DNA from: Candidatus Poribacteria bacterium
Lineage (GTDB): Bacteria; Poribacteria; WGA-4E; WGA-3G
NCBI GenBank assembly: GCA_965242965.1
Contig: OZ251518.1
Coordinates: 5,120,001 to 5,184,000, forward strand
DNA length: 64,000 nt
Direction: 5' to 3'
Within the stretch, counting starts at the first letter, position 1. Each line of letters starts with the position of its first letter. Made by a program: the position numbers and the translations under genes. Below the pieces are notes generated by a model. The model saw only the letters and a list, made by a program, of their open reading frames with translations. It had not been told where the DNA came from and did not search any database. This document shows positions 31,080-41,400 of the stretch, one piece after another.

Positions 31080-31559
31080 CTAAGCGGTTGCCTGAACTTC
31101 TTCGGCGGCTTGCATCACCGCTTCCAGAATCTTGGTATAGCCGGTGCATCGGCAGATGTTCCCACCGAGGTCGTGACGGAATTCTTCTTCCGTCCGATTT
31201 GGATTTTCATCAAGCAACGCCTTCGATGCCATGATGAAACCAGGGGTGCAGAACCCGCACTGGTAGCCGCCCGTATCAATAAACGCTTGTTGCAACGGAT
31301 GAAGTTCGCCATTGACAGCGAGGCCTTCAATCGTCGTAATCTCTTTGCCCGCGGCGGTAACGCCGAGAACCATGCACGACGTGACAGCTTTGCCATCAAC
31401 GATAACGGTGCATGCACCGCAGTCACCCGTGCTACATCCCTCTTTGGTGCCTGTCAACCCGGTCGTGTCGCGAAGCACCGCGAGCAGCGTTTTGCGCGGT
31501 TCAATGAGTAAATCGTAACCGTCGCCGTTGACGGTGAGAGTGACAGGAAGTTTTGTCAT
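31080..31559 (-). CDS. XDH-family (2Fe-2S)-binding subunit
   Basis: GCSTGDCGAC, QCGFCTPG, GNICRCTGY. Confidence 0.95.
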   Translation of the reverse strand: MTKLPVTLTVNGDGYDLLIEPRKTLLAVLRDTTGLTGTKEGCSTGDCGACTVIVDGKAVTSCMVLGVTAAGKEITTIEGLAVNGELHPLQQAFIDTGGYQCGFCTPGFIMASKALLDENPNRTEEEFRHDLGGNICRCTGYTKILEAVMQAAEEVQATA

Positions 31560-31610
31560 ATTTTTCTCCTAAAATTGCGCCGGGACCGGAATGTCCCGCC
31601 GACAAAGTGC

Positions 31611-32462
31611 TTAAACTTGTGCCCTCGCGACAGCCTCTTGCACCGTGCGTCTCGTGAGGACATCTACCATCTCTCTGCGGTGTGCCGCGGAACAGCGTAA
31701 ATCGGATATCGGACTGCAGTTGGCAGCGGCGGCTTCACCCGCCTCAGCCAGAAGCGCGTCTGTGAGGGACTTGCCCGCCAACAATGCCTCGGCTTCCCTC
31801 GCGCGAATCGGTGTCGGCGCGACAGCGGCGAGGCCAATCCGCGCCCCGGTAATCGTGCCGTTATCCATATCCACGGCGGCGGCAACGCCGATAAACGCCA
31901 GATCCATCACTTCGCGGATTTTATGCTTGATATAGTGCGAACCGGAAGCTGGGCTCGGCAGCCGAAACCGCGTAATAATCTCACCCGCCTTTAAAACAGT
32001 CTGCCCGGGTCCCGTGAAAAGGGTATCAATCGGCACGGAACGTTCACCGTCTGCACTCGCGATGTCCACCTGTGCGTCCAATGCGAGCAAGGCTGCAACC
32101 GTATCGGCAGCCGGCGAGGCGTGAGCGATGTTACCGCCAATCGTCGCCAGATTGCGAATCTGGATAGAACCGATTTCCTCGGCACCTTCCGCCAAGGCGG
32201 TATAGCCGTTCTGAATTTCATCGGACAATTCAATATCCCGCACTTTCGTCATCGCGCCGATGGATACCCCGCCGGCGTAGTTTGTGATACCCGCGAGGCC
32301 GGCAATTTTCTGCAGACTGATGACAGATTGCGGCGTTTCGGTAAGTGCCTTCATACCGATAACCAGGTCTGTCCCACCGGCGAGGAGTTGTGCATGCTCC
32401 GCCGCGAACAGGCGCGATGCCTCCGCAAGCGTGGTGGGTTCAAAAAACTCAAAACTTCTCAC
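31611..32462 (-). CDS. XDH-family FAD-binding subunit
   Basis: AGGTDL, QIRNLATIGGN, ASP.AD, PISD.R. Confidence 0.95.
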   Translation of the reverse strand: MRSFEFFEPTTLAEASRLFAAEHAQLLAGGTDLVIGMKALTETPQSVISLQKIAGLAGITNYAGGVSIGAMTKVRDIELSDEIQNGYTALAEGAEEIGSIQIRNLATIGGNIAHASPAADTVAALLALDAQVDIASADGERSVPIDTLFTGPGQTVLKAGEIITRFRLPSPASGSHYIKHKIREVMDLAFIGVAAAVDMDNGTITGARIGLAAVAPTPIRAREAEALLAGKSLTDALLAEAGEAAAANCSPISDLRCSAAHRREMVDVLTRRTVQEAVARAQV

Positions 32463-32513
32463 ATTTAATCCTCCGTTTTATTCTGTTCTGCGCGGTTTTT
32501 CCGCCCAATAATT

Positions 32514-32542
32514 ATGATACCCTATTCGCGCGTGTTTGTCAA
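32514..32542 (-). promoter_or_regulatory. Sigma70-type promoter of the xdh-like operon
   Basis: TTGACA-N17-TATCAT. Confidence 0.7.
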
Positions 32543-32561
32543 CCTTAATGTGCATGCCACA

Positions 32562-33806
32562 TTAGGGAATCGGCCAACCCGGTGTCGGTTCAGCGCGGAG
32601 TGCCTCAAGTTCGTAAAGTTCATCGACGGTGATCTCGCGGCCAAGTTTGGCCGATAAGAGCGAACCGCTCATAATCTCCGCGACCTTCACGCCCAAATCG
32701 CCGTTGCTGACAGGTTGCGCGTCGCTGTTACAAGCATTGAGGAAATCAAGGAACTTATCCGGGAATTCCCGTGCCGGCAGTTCCAACGGCGTTTCCACGA
32801 GTTTGCCCTGATAACGGCGGCGATTCCCCTGTGCATCGGTATCCCACGTTCCGTTCTCAAGAAAGAGTGCATCGTTGCTGAACGCGCCCTTGGAACCGAA
32901 AATAAAGATACCTTGCGGCTGCCCGCTCATATTACTGGCCCAGCCGTTTTCATAGGTAAACGACATGCCGTTGGTAAAGCGGACAAACGCCGAGGCGTGC
33001 TCCTCAACATCGTTAATCTCCTCGCCGGTGTATTCAGGTAACATGCCGCGATAGGCGATGCCGCTAATCGTAGCAGGCTGCGGCGAACCCAGCAGATAGA
33101 GGGAACGGTTGATGAGGTAGACACCGGTGTCGTAGATAGTGCCGCCGCCGCTGTAAACCGAATTGAGGAACCACCTGCCGAAACCAAACATATCCACATT
33201 CGGGCGGCCGCGCGTGCGGTAACTGGTGAGTCTGCCATAGTAGACATCGCCCAGTTTGCCGCCGGTAATGTAGTCCCTGATAGCGTAACTTTTGGAATCA
33301 AGGCAGGTGCCGCCACTTTGGTAAGCGAGTTTCACGCCTGCCTTATCGCACGCGTCGCGCATGTTCCTTGCCTCTGTCGCTGTGCGCGCCATCGGTTTCT
33401 CGCAGAAAACGTGCTTACCGGCGTTTGCTGCCGCTACGGTGGCAGGTTCATGGACGAACGGCGGCGCGGCGATGCTGATAGCATCAAGTTCACACTCCCG
33501 CAACATCTCGTTGTAGTCACTGAAGATTTTGACACCGTTGTCCTGATATGCCGCCAAGCGCGCGCTTCGTGCAGTAAGTAATTCGCGTGTTTCGGCGGTA
33601 TCTGCCTTCTCTGCTTCCTCTTTTGCGGATGCCGCGCGGGAGGCCGCGCTAGAAAACACCTCGGCGTGCCGCCGTTTGGCATTCGCGTCCACCGTATCGC
33701 AGACAGCGACGATTTCCGCGTGTTCCGGATGCGCAAGGTAGCCGTTGATATGTGAACCGGATATCATGCCGCACCCAATCAGTCCGAGCTTAATGCGTTT
33801 CGCCAT
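32562..33806 (-). CDS. Gfo/Idh/MocA oxidoreductase
   Basis: GLIGCG, GKHVFCEKP, GGG.IYD.GVY. Confidence 0.9.
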   Translation of the reverse strand: MAKRIKLGLIGCGMISGSHINGYLAHPEHAEIVAVCDTVDANAKRRHAEVFSSAASRAASAKEEAEKADTAETRELLTARSARLAAYQDNGVKIFSDYNEMLRECELDAISIAAPPFVHEPATVAAANAGKHVFCEKPMARTATEARNMRDACDKAGVKLAYQSGGTCLDSKSYAIRDYITGGKLGDVYYGRLTSYRTRGRPNVDMFGFGRWFLNSVYSGGGTIYDTGVYLINRSLYLLGSPQPATISGIAYRGMLPEYTGEEINDVEEHASAFVRFTNGMSFTYENGWASNMSGQPQGIFIFGSKGAFSNDALFLENGTWDTDAQGNRRRYQGKLVETPLELPAREFPDKFLDFLNACNSDAQPVSNGDLGVKVAEIMSGSLLSAKLGREITVDELYELEALRAEPTPGWPIP

Positions 33807-33860
33807 GGTAATGCTCCTATAGCCGTTGAACGCCGCTAAAGTTCGCAATTCGTCCCGGCT

Positions 33861-34526
33861 TTACAGGTATCCTGTCGGGGTATGTCCCGCCCCAACTTTG
33901 ACGTGGGTATCTGCCAACTGTGCTTGCACGTGTTCAATGCACTCTTGGAGATTCTTGAACGGCGAGCGCGGATAGGATTCAATGCTAAAATTCAGATCAT
34001 TCTCGCCGAAGGTTACCATATCCACGCCGGGCTTCGCCAACTTGCGGACGTTAATGACAGCATCCACCGACTCAATTTGCAAGATGAGGATACCGTTATT
34101 GTTCCACCACTCGGCGTATTCCAAACGGCCCATCCCGCTCTGGATGCCGTAGCCGTTGCTCGGCCCCCAACTTCGTTTGCCGATTTGCGGATAGTAGAAA
34201 GCATCGACTGCCTCATCCACCGTTTCGACGCTCTCCACTTGCGGAACGACAATCGCGAGCGGTCCCAAATCCAGCAGATTGCCGATGAGATAGGCGTGGC
34301 GCGTATGCTTAATCCGGAGTTGCACGCCAACGCCGAGTTCCGCCGCCATTTTGCAGTAATCCACCAGCAGCACTTCGTCTGCAGCTGCATGCTGATGGTC
34401 TGCCCCGATAAGCGCGTAGTCGTCTCGGCTGAGAACGGCCGCCATTTCGTCTTGAGTGCAACCGAAGGGAACGCCGCTTGCAACTTTGATCGCCTCTTTA
34501 TTGCGAATTCGCTGTTTCAAAGACAT
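33861..34526 (-). CDS. HpcH/HpaI aldolase family protein
   Basis: D.QH, LDLG...IVVPQVES, YYP..G.RS, LQIES, G.NDL; AGGAG RBS. Confidence 0.85.
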   Translation of the reverse strand: MSLKQRIRNKEAIKVASGVPFGCTQDEMAAVLSRDDYALIGADHQHAAADEVLLVDYCKMAAELGVGVQLRIKHTRHAYLIGNLLDLGPLAIVVPQVESVETVDEAVDAFYYPQIGKRSWGPSNGYGIQSGMGRLEYAEWWNNNGILILQIESVDAVINVRKLAKPGVDMVTFGENDLNFSIESYPRSPFKNLQECIEHVQAQLADTHVKVGAGHTPTGYL

Positions 34527-34557
34527 TGGGCTCTCCTCCTGAGGTGATATGACATCT

Positions 34558-34585
34558 ATTATAGCGATTTTTTGTTTTTTGTCAA
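34558..34585 (-). promoter_or_regulatory. Sigma70-type promoter
   Basis: TTGACA-N16-TATAAT. Confidence 0.7.
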
Positions 34586-34630
34586 GTTTTTTAAGTATTC
34601 GCATATTTTGCATCATCTCAGTCCTCCCCA

Positions 34631-34683
34631 GTAGGAGAGACCTCCCGGTCTCGATGCAGGACTCCCGGTCTCGATGCAGGACT
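34631..34683 (+). repeat. REP with partial tandem duplication
   Basis: GTAGGAGAGACCTCCCGGTCTCGATGCAGGAC followed by TCCCGGTCTCGATGCAGGAC. Confidence 0.8.
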
Positions 34684-34744
34684 TGAAAATTTTCCGAAAT
34701 TTTGATATGCTATATGACATTACGAAGGTAGGGGAGAATAACGC

Positions 34745-35569
34745 ATGCACACTATCCATTCCACTTTGACTGAGGAAGAAAAGTGGTATTTCGATTTACA
34801 CGGATTTCTCGTTTTACGGGATGTCATCCCGAAAGACGAAGTCGCGGAGATGCTCAAGGTGCTTCGGCACTGGCTAACGATTGACGAGGCAGACATCCCA
34901 CCGCCGTTAAAACGGAGCCGACAGGAACCGTGTAAAACGCACATCGATCATGTTCAATACGGACATCCATTGTTTGAAGAATTGGCGATGAATCGTGAGA
35001 TTATGCGGGTTGTGGCGGGGTTAACGATGAACGCGCCGCGCTTATTCCACTGCAATTTCACGATGATGACGAAGCACGATTCACCACAGCACTTCCATCG
35101 CGATGACAGCGGGTTTAAGTTCCCACCGGGCTTCCGCAATCCGCACAACGATTATCAGGCCGCCGCAGGACATATCTACTGTAGCCATATCGCAACGTGG
35201 GTTGCGCTCGTGGATGTGCCGCCGGACACCGGTTTCTGTCTCGTCCCCGGCAGTCATAAATCCGAGTTTTCGACACCGGCGGATTTGCCCGTGAAACATG
35301 CGCCGCCGACATCCATCACGCTGCCGATGAACGCAGGCGATGTCGCAATCTTCTCTACGAATCTCCTCCACGATGCAAGCCCGTGGACAGAAGAAAGCCC
35401 GCGCATGAACATCTTTCAACGTTATCAACTGAGTGCCTATTTCAACGAGACAGGGAAGGGCGGCTATCCGCTAGACGAACATCGCGATAAAATCTCGGCG
35501 GCACAATATGAATTGGAATCTCTCTCAAAAGAGGTGAAAGTCGCGGTAAAACGCATTTTGCCAGATTGA
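34745..35569 (+). CDS. Phytanoyl-CoA dioxygenase family (PhyH) Fe(II)/2OG enzyme
   Basis: FD..GFLVL, HRD, VPGSH, AGD..IF...LLH, R. Confidence 0.9.
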   Translation: MHTIHSTLTEEEKWYFDLHGFLVLRDVIPKDEVAEMLKVLRHWLTIDEADIPPPLKRSRQEPCKTHIDHVQYGHPLFEELAMNREIMRVVAGLTMNAPRLFHCNFTMMTKHDSPQHFHRDDSGFKFPPGFRNPHNDYQAAAGHIYCSHIATWVALVDVPPDTGFCLVPGSHKSEFSTPADLPVKHAPPTSITLPMNAGDVAIFSTNLLHDASPWTEESPRMNIFQRYQLSAYFNETGKGGYPLDEHRDKISAAQYELESLSKEVKVAVKRILPD

Positions 35570-35621
35570 TAAAAACCCACAGTCGCGGTTGAAAACCGCG
35601 CTTCCTCAACGGAGGTAAACA

Positions 35622-36386
35622 GTGAATTTAAACGAACAGGTATGTATCATCACAGGCGGTGGCAGCGGCATCGGCCGCGGTGCCGCCATCAGACTCGCAC
35701 AAGACGGTGCCACGATTGTCATTGCCGGTAGAACAGCAGCGAAATTGGATGCCGTCGCCGCCGAAATCGAGGCAGTAGGTGGAACCGCTGCAGCCTATAT
35801 CCTCGATGTGGCAGATTACCCGGCTGTCCAAAAAATGGCAGACGACGTGCTTGAGAAATTCGGACGCATCGATGTGTTGGTAAACAACGCCGGGCACAGT
35901 TCGCTGCATCGGCGGCTCCTCAACACTACACCCGAAGAGGTGCGTTCAGTCATTGATTCAAACCTCATCGGCACATTTTTCTGCACCCAAGCAGTCGTCC
36001 CTGCGATGCTGAAAGCAAAATCGGGCACAATCATCAACATCTCGTCGCTCGCAGCGGTTACGCCGGGCCCATTTAGCGGCTTTCCGTACGGCGCGGCGAA
36101 GGCGGCAGTTATCAACTTCACCGAGTTCCTTAACACGGATTTGAGGAACACAGGGATTCGCGCGAGCGTTATTATCCCAGGTGAGGTAGTCACGCCGATT
36201 TTGGATAACCGTCCGGTCCCGCCAGATGCCGAAGCACGCAAAATGATGGTAGACGTTGACGAAACGTCCGCCGCGATTCACCTCATCGTGTCGCTACCGC
36301 AACGGAGCAACATCCCCGAGCTGGTCATCCGTCCGACGATGCATCGGAGCACCGCAGGAGAACTCGTTCAGTTCAATGAACCTTAG
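35622..36386 (+). CDS. SDR oxidoreductase
   Basis: TGGGSGIG, NNAG, NISS, YGAAK. Confidence 0.95.
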   Translation: MNLNEQVCIITGGGSGIGRGAAIRLAQDGATIVIAGRTAAKLDAVAAEIEAVGGTAAAYILDVADYPAVQKMADDVLEKFGRIDVLVNNAGHSSLHRRLLNTTPEEVRSVIDSNLIGTFFCTQAVVPAMLKAKSGTIINISSLAAVTPGPFSGFPYGAAKAAVINFTEFLNTDLRNTGIRASVIIPGEVVTPILDNRPVPPDAEARKMMVDVDETSAAIHLIVSLPQRSNIPELVIRPTMHRSTAGELVQFNEP

Positions 36387-36397
36387 GGAGGACGCGC

Positions 36398-37393
36398 CTA
36401 CCGGTAAATTGACGTTTCAGGGTGATAACGCGCCCAAGCGAACCAATAAATATTGACAGCCGGCAGCCGCTCTAATTTGCGGTTGTCGGCTGTCGCTTTA
36501 CCGGTGATGAGATTCCATTGCGTGCCCGAGTCGTCTTGCGCAAAATAGCCGCTGTTATCTCCGTTTGCAAAGGATAGGACGGTATCCTCCAAAGTCCGCG
36601 CGAAAACCGCCGTTGCAAACGAATCTTTATCATGGAAGACGAGAAGCGGCACCCCATCAACGTCATCGTTAATGAACGAGGTTTCTGTAAACAGCGTCAG
36701 CGGATAAGCGCGATAAGTATCCGCAACCTGAACGCCGATAACAAGCGACTTATTAGGAAGCCTATCGTCGGTGTAGTCCATCCCGCTCACGCCGGCGTGT
36801 TGACTGGCGTGGTAGTCTGCATAGACATCGCGACTTTTATCCTCCTGCCTTCCGTTCCTTGATAGGACAGAGAGCACGCGCGTCTCCGGATAGTTCATCC
36901 GCCACGTCTTCCACGCAATTTGTGGCATGGAAGCGAGCATTTTTAACCGCTTGCCCTTGAGCGTGCCTCGTATCGCCTCTCCCGTAATGTGGGACCAGAG
37001 GGATTGCGTCCCGTGGTCATACATTAAAAGCGCGTCTCGCCACAACTTGCCGCTGACACCGAACGTATAGGTTTTACCATCCAATTCCCGGCTATACACG
37101 ATAGCGGTTTTGCAAAGCGGTCACCACGTCGTCGCAATGTTCTCTCCGCCGACGCTGTCGTTAACAATTTCGTGCCCATTGAGCAGATAGAGCGAATAGG
37201 CGCGGCTTTCGCCGTTGATTGCCACCCCGATGACAGGCGCATCGGGGGCCAACTTCGCTTCATCGGCAGAAACAAATTGCGGTTCGGTGATGGCAGGAAT
37301 GGCATCAAAAGGCAGCAATGTCCGAACCGGGTCTTCGGCATCAGCAACGGCCGAGAAAAGTAGCAATGAGAGAATAAGAAGGTAATTTTTCAT
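36398..37393 (-). CDS. DUF3179-family exported selenoprotein (331 aa, Sec at in-frame TGA 37121-37123)
   Basis: Two listed ORFs are in the same frame: ...IATTW-TGA-PLCKTAIVYSR...FGVSGKL...LMYD..T.SLW...YWFAW. Confidence 0.85.
37088..37107 (-). promoter_or_regulatory. Candidate bacterial SECIS hairpin
   Basis: CCGCTAT-CGTGT-ATAGCCGG starting 14 nt 3' of the UGA. Confidence 0.6.
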
Positions 37394-37519
37394 GATTAAA
37401 TGAAAGGCAATTGTAGGCTATCCTTTTTATCTATACCAGTTTGCTTTTGATGCCCTGGCTTTTTATGGGCGGAATGCGGACTTTCATTCGTGTCCCCAGA
37501 GACTGAAGCAAGAGAGGAG

Positions 37520-38410
37520 CAGGATTTGCAGGATTAGCAAGAGTGGAGCAAGTGACTGTAGTTCGGGAGCGCCTGATCCCGAACGGTGCAAGAGCAAGGT
37601 CGCCTCACCTACCGTAGCGCGGGGGCCTGTCCCCCGCGATCGCACCCGTGAAAAAAATCTCTTCAGGGCCTTTAGGTCCTGCATGTCTATAGAAACCCCG
37701 ACCCAAAAAAACTAAGGTCCTTTAGGTCCTTAATACGCAGCAGATGCATCGCCGCGGGGAACATTAAGGTCCTAAAGGACCTTGAGGACTTAGCGGGCCG
37801 CGTATACTATAGACATTAAGGTCCTACGGACCTTGAGAAGACCGTAGTTCGGGATCGCCTGCTCCCGAACGGATGCATGGCGAAGAGAATCCCTTCCTGG
37901 CCCGTAGCGCGGGGGCCTGTCCCCCGCGATCGCCCGATCTACGCGAAAACCGAACGCCAGCCAAAGCCGTTTCCCTCTCGATCGCGGCACGGCGAGGGAC
38001 AGGCCCTCGCCCTACGGGAGAACGACACCTCTTCAGGTCCTTTAGGTCCTGCATGTCTATAGAAACCCCGACCAAAAAAACGCTAAGGTCCTTTAGGTCC
38101 TTAATACGCAGCACACGCAACGCTGCAAGAAAACATTAAGGTCCTAAAGGACCTTGAGGACTTGGCTGTCTGCGTATACTATAGACATTAAGGTCCTAAA
38201 GGACCTTGAAGAGACAGAAGCCGTTCATCTTGAAAATGCTCGGATGCGGCCCTCTTTGTAGGGCAAGAGCACCTGCTCTTGATCCGTTCGGGAGCGGGCG
38301 CTCCCGAACTACAGATGTCGGCAGGTCGAGCGATCGCGGGGGACAGGCCCCCGCGCTACGGTGCATCAAAAAAACGCGCGGGCGACACCCAAAGGCACCG
38401 CCCGCGCGAG
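37520..38410. repeat. Large repeat mosaic (REP families plus a duplicated ~180 bp AGGTCCT/AGGACCT module)
   Basis: Module at ~37660-37836 repeated at ~38030-38208; GTAGTTCGGGA.CGCCTG.TCCCGAAC and GTAGCGCGGGGGCCTGTCCCCCGCG units. Confidence 0.9.
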
Positions 38411-38431
38411 ATATGAAAACAACAGCACGAA

Positions 38432-41400
38432 TTACTCCCGCTGCTTGACTTCGCCAAACGTTGTCAACGAACGATTCGCCGGCGAGACGGGACCCGGTAA
38501 GTAACGCCTCCGCAACACCTCCGGCCGCCCACCTAACGAAACCTCTTCGATCTGGTAATAATACTCGACACCAGGCTTCGCAGAGGTATCGGTGAACGTG
38601 TAAGTTTGACGCTCGCCGGTAGTGCCGGCACCGGCGATGAGGACTGGATTCAAGAGCGTGAATCCACTCTCGCGTTTCAGGCTGCGACGCAGGTTAAACC
38701 CTGCATTGTCGACTTCCGATTCGGTTGTCCAAGTGACCACAACCGGACCGGCATCGGTACGCGTGAGGGTGAAACTCGACAACTCCACGGGCAAGGCTCC
38801 GCCTTGACGATACCCCGGCGTGCCGATGTCCTCGGCATGACCATAATGCAGCGACTCAACTTTAAATTTATTGAAATGCGCCGCTAATGCCCAATTGGAC
38901 TTCAACATGCCATCGCGCGCCACCGCGCCTTTGTCATAACGGCGGACGACCGAACTGCGCGCGCCGTCCCGACGATTCGTGGGCCACACCCACACCGGCG
39001 CGTCATCGGTGCGACGATTGTCATCGATGTTCCCGACCTCGTCTATCTTCGTGCCGTTTCGATCGGATAACTTCAGATAGAACCCCTCGCCGCTCAAGAA
39101 GGTATCTCGCGCCGTTTTGATGCGGAGATTCTTCTCGTGGAGTTCGAGGAGATTGTAGACACGGTCTTCAGGGAAAACATCCGCCGATGAAGCGCGGGCA
39201 TCGCCGGCCACTATCAAGAGGGTCTGATTCGGTTGAATCACTTTCTCTTGCAGCGTCAACGTGACAATCGGTCTGCCGACCAAGTCGTGGGAATTCCGAT
39301 TCTGGATCTCCAACTGCCACCGATTCAGATTCAGTGCTTCTGTCTTGGACTTATTGTAGAGTTCGATCCATTGCGGCAATGTGCCACCTTCAGAATCAAA
39401 CATGATTTCGCTGATGGTCACAGCACCTTTTGGCGTAGATGCCTCCGTTTTGACGGCACCATTCGGATAACCCGGCGTGCCGGCTGTCGCCGCCGATTTG
39501 GAGACCTGCCTGTCATAGCCGATACCGGTAAACGCCGCCTCTGCCCAGGCATCTCGATGATACCCAATAATGTCCGCTTTCGCGCGCTGCCAGACCTTGC
39601 CGGAACTTAGCGCGTCCTCAGTGGCATCACCGGGAGCTTCAAGCACCTGCAAGGGCCAGACATGCGTATCGTAGTCACCGGTTTCATCGCGGACAAACGC
39701 ATCCGTATCACTGCCGCCGCCACCGGCGACATCGATGAACGCCTCATCCAAGCCGAGTTTTTCCTTTGCATTGCGGAGAATCAGGAGGAATTTGCCATCA
39801 TCGGGAAGTGAAAGGCCCGCATCCACTAAAGAGGCATGCGATAAGCCTTTATTCTGTCCACCTGCGAGTGGCGTTTTGTCCGAAGGCATGTTGGTAATGA
39901 GCAACAGCCCATTCGCCGGCACACTCACATCGGGGAAGACGATGAGCGAGGTATCCTCTTTCTTGCCATCGGCGACAACGGAGAGCTCCCAGTCTTTCAG
40001 GGAGACATCTGAACCGCTGACATTGCGGAATTCTAGCCAGTCCTCGGTATCCCCGCTACCGTTGCCGAGTTCGTTGAAAACAATCGGAGAACGCGGCACA
40101 GCCGATGCAACCGCCTTCGGATCCGTCTCTACCGGCGGAAGGTAAATCACAGGCTCCGGCGGCACCGGCACATCGAGCGTAACGGGCCCCAGTTCACTCC
40201 CCGACGCATCCTGCAGCGACAATCCACCCTCAAGCGGCGGCGCAACGACACCCGCACCTACCGCCACCCTATCGCTACCCTGAAGCGCGAGACCCGCTTC
40301 ACGATCCACTAGCCGCGTCCCGGCCGGAATACCTAAACGACTCTCCGGATGCACCGTTTGATCTGCCGGATCCAACGCTTGCAAAATAGCCACATCCGAC
40401 GCTTGCAAAACATAAACGAACGGCACAATCGTGGAACCCGAACGCTCCTCGCCTTGCTGCCAAATCGCATCCCGCGCATTCTCGGCAACCTGTTCGCCCA
40501 GATATATCCGCACATACGGCGGATGCTCGCCTTCATACGTCAAACCGGTTGTTGCAAACGGTAACTCAACGGTGAGCTTATCGCCGGCGTTATACACATC
40601 CGCTTCGGGAGCAACAATCTCCGGCGCGCCCACTTCCAACGCCGGCAGCGTCGTGTCTATCGGCACCGTGAAGGTGGCCTCAAGATTGCCGAGGTTGCTA
40701 TTCGCCGCAACCACCGTATCAGCCGGCACTTGGAGCGTCAACTCACCTTTAAAACCGATCTCAGGCACTAACGTCACCTGATACCGCGTGGCATTATCCG
40801 CAATGCCGAGACGGCTAAGCCCTGTCACCGTGCCGTTCTCAACATTCGCCGCCAGCGCGGCTTGCAACGTCGCAAGGGCATCCTCACTTGTGTCATGGAG
40901 CGGCGCGACTTGGAAGTCACTGTAGTCCTCCTGGAACCGCAATGTCACCATAAACGTGCCGGCTTGTGGCCCCGAGGGCACATCGACTATCTCTGTCATC
41001 GCGGCGACATACGCCGCCACTATCCGCGGATAGTGGATAGCCCCCTTCGCGGTATCATACGTGGGCGGAAAGTGGTGAGGAAACTCCGTCCCTATCTGCG
41101 CATAAAACGGTCTCCGGACCATATAGTGAGCTACGGTCCGCGAAAGGCTTTGGTCATCAATGAGTGGGAGGTAGTCAAGAAGACCGTCGTTGTTTCTGTC
41201 AAGCAGCGCTCGATCAACGACGAAAGTCCCGGCGTTATTGTCATCAGCGTTACCGTAGCGACGATACCGCCGCCTATTGACGAGGACGGCGTTTCCCGGG
41301 TCGGGGTCGTATGGTGCGTTCGCTAAAAACTTAGACACGTCGTGAAATTCGTACCATCCATTACCCCAGTCGTCGTTCGGCGCACCAAATGGCACGGCGA

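Noticed and set aside
28229-32462. Aerobic CO dehydrogenase (coxMSL)
   Set aside because: The active-site loop is AYRAPG, not the form I AYxCSFR; substrate left unassigned.
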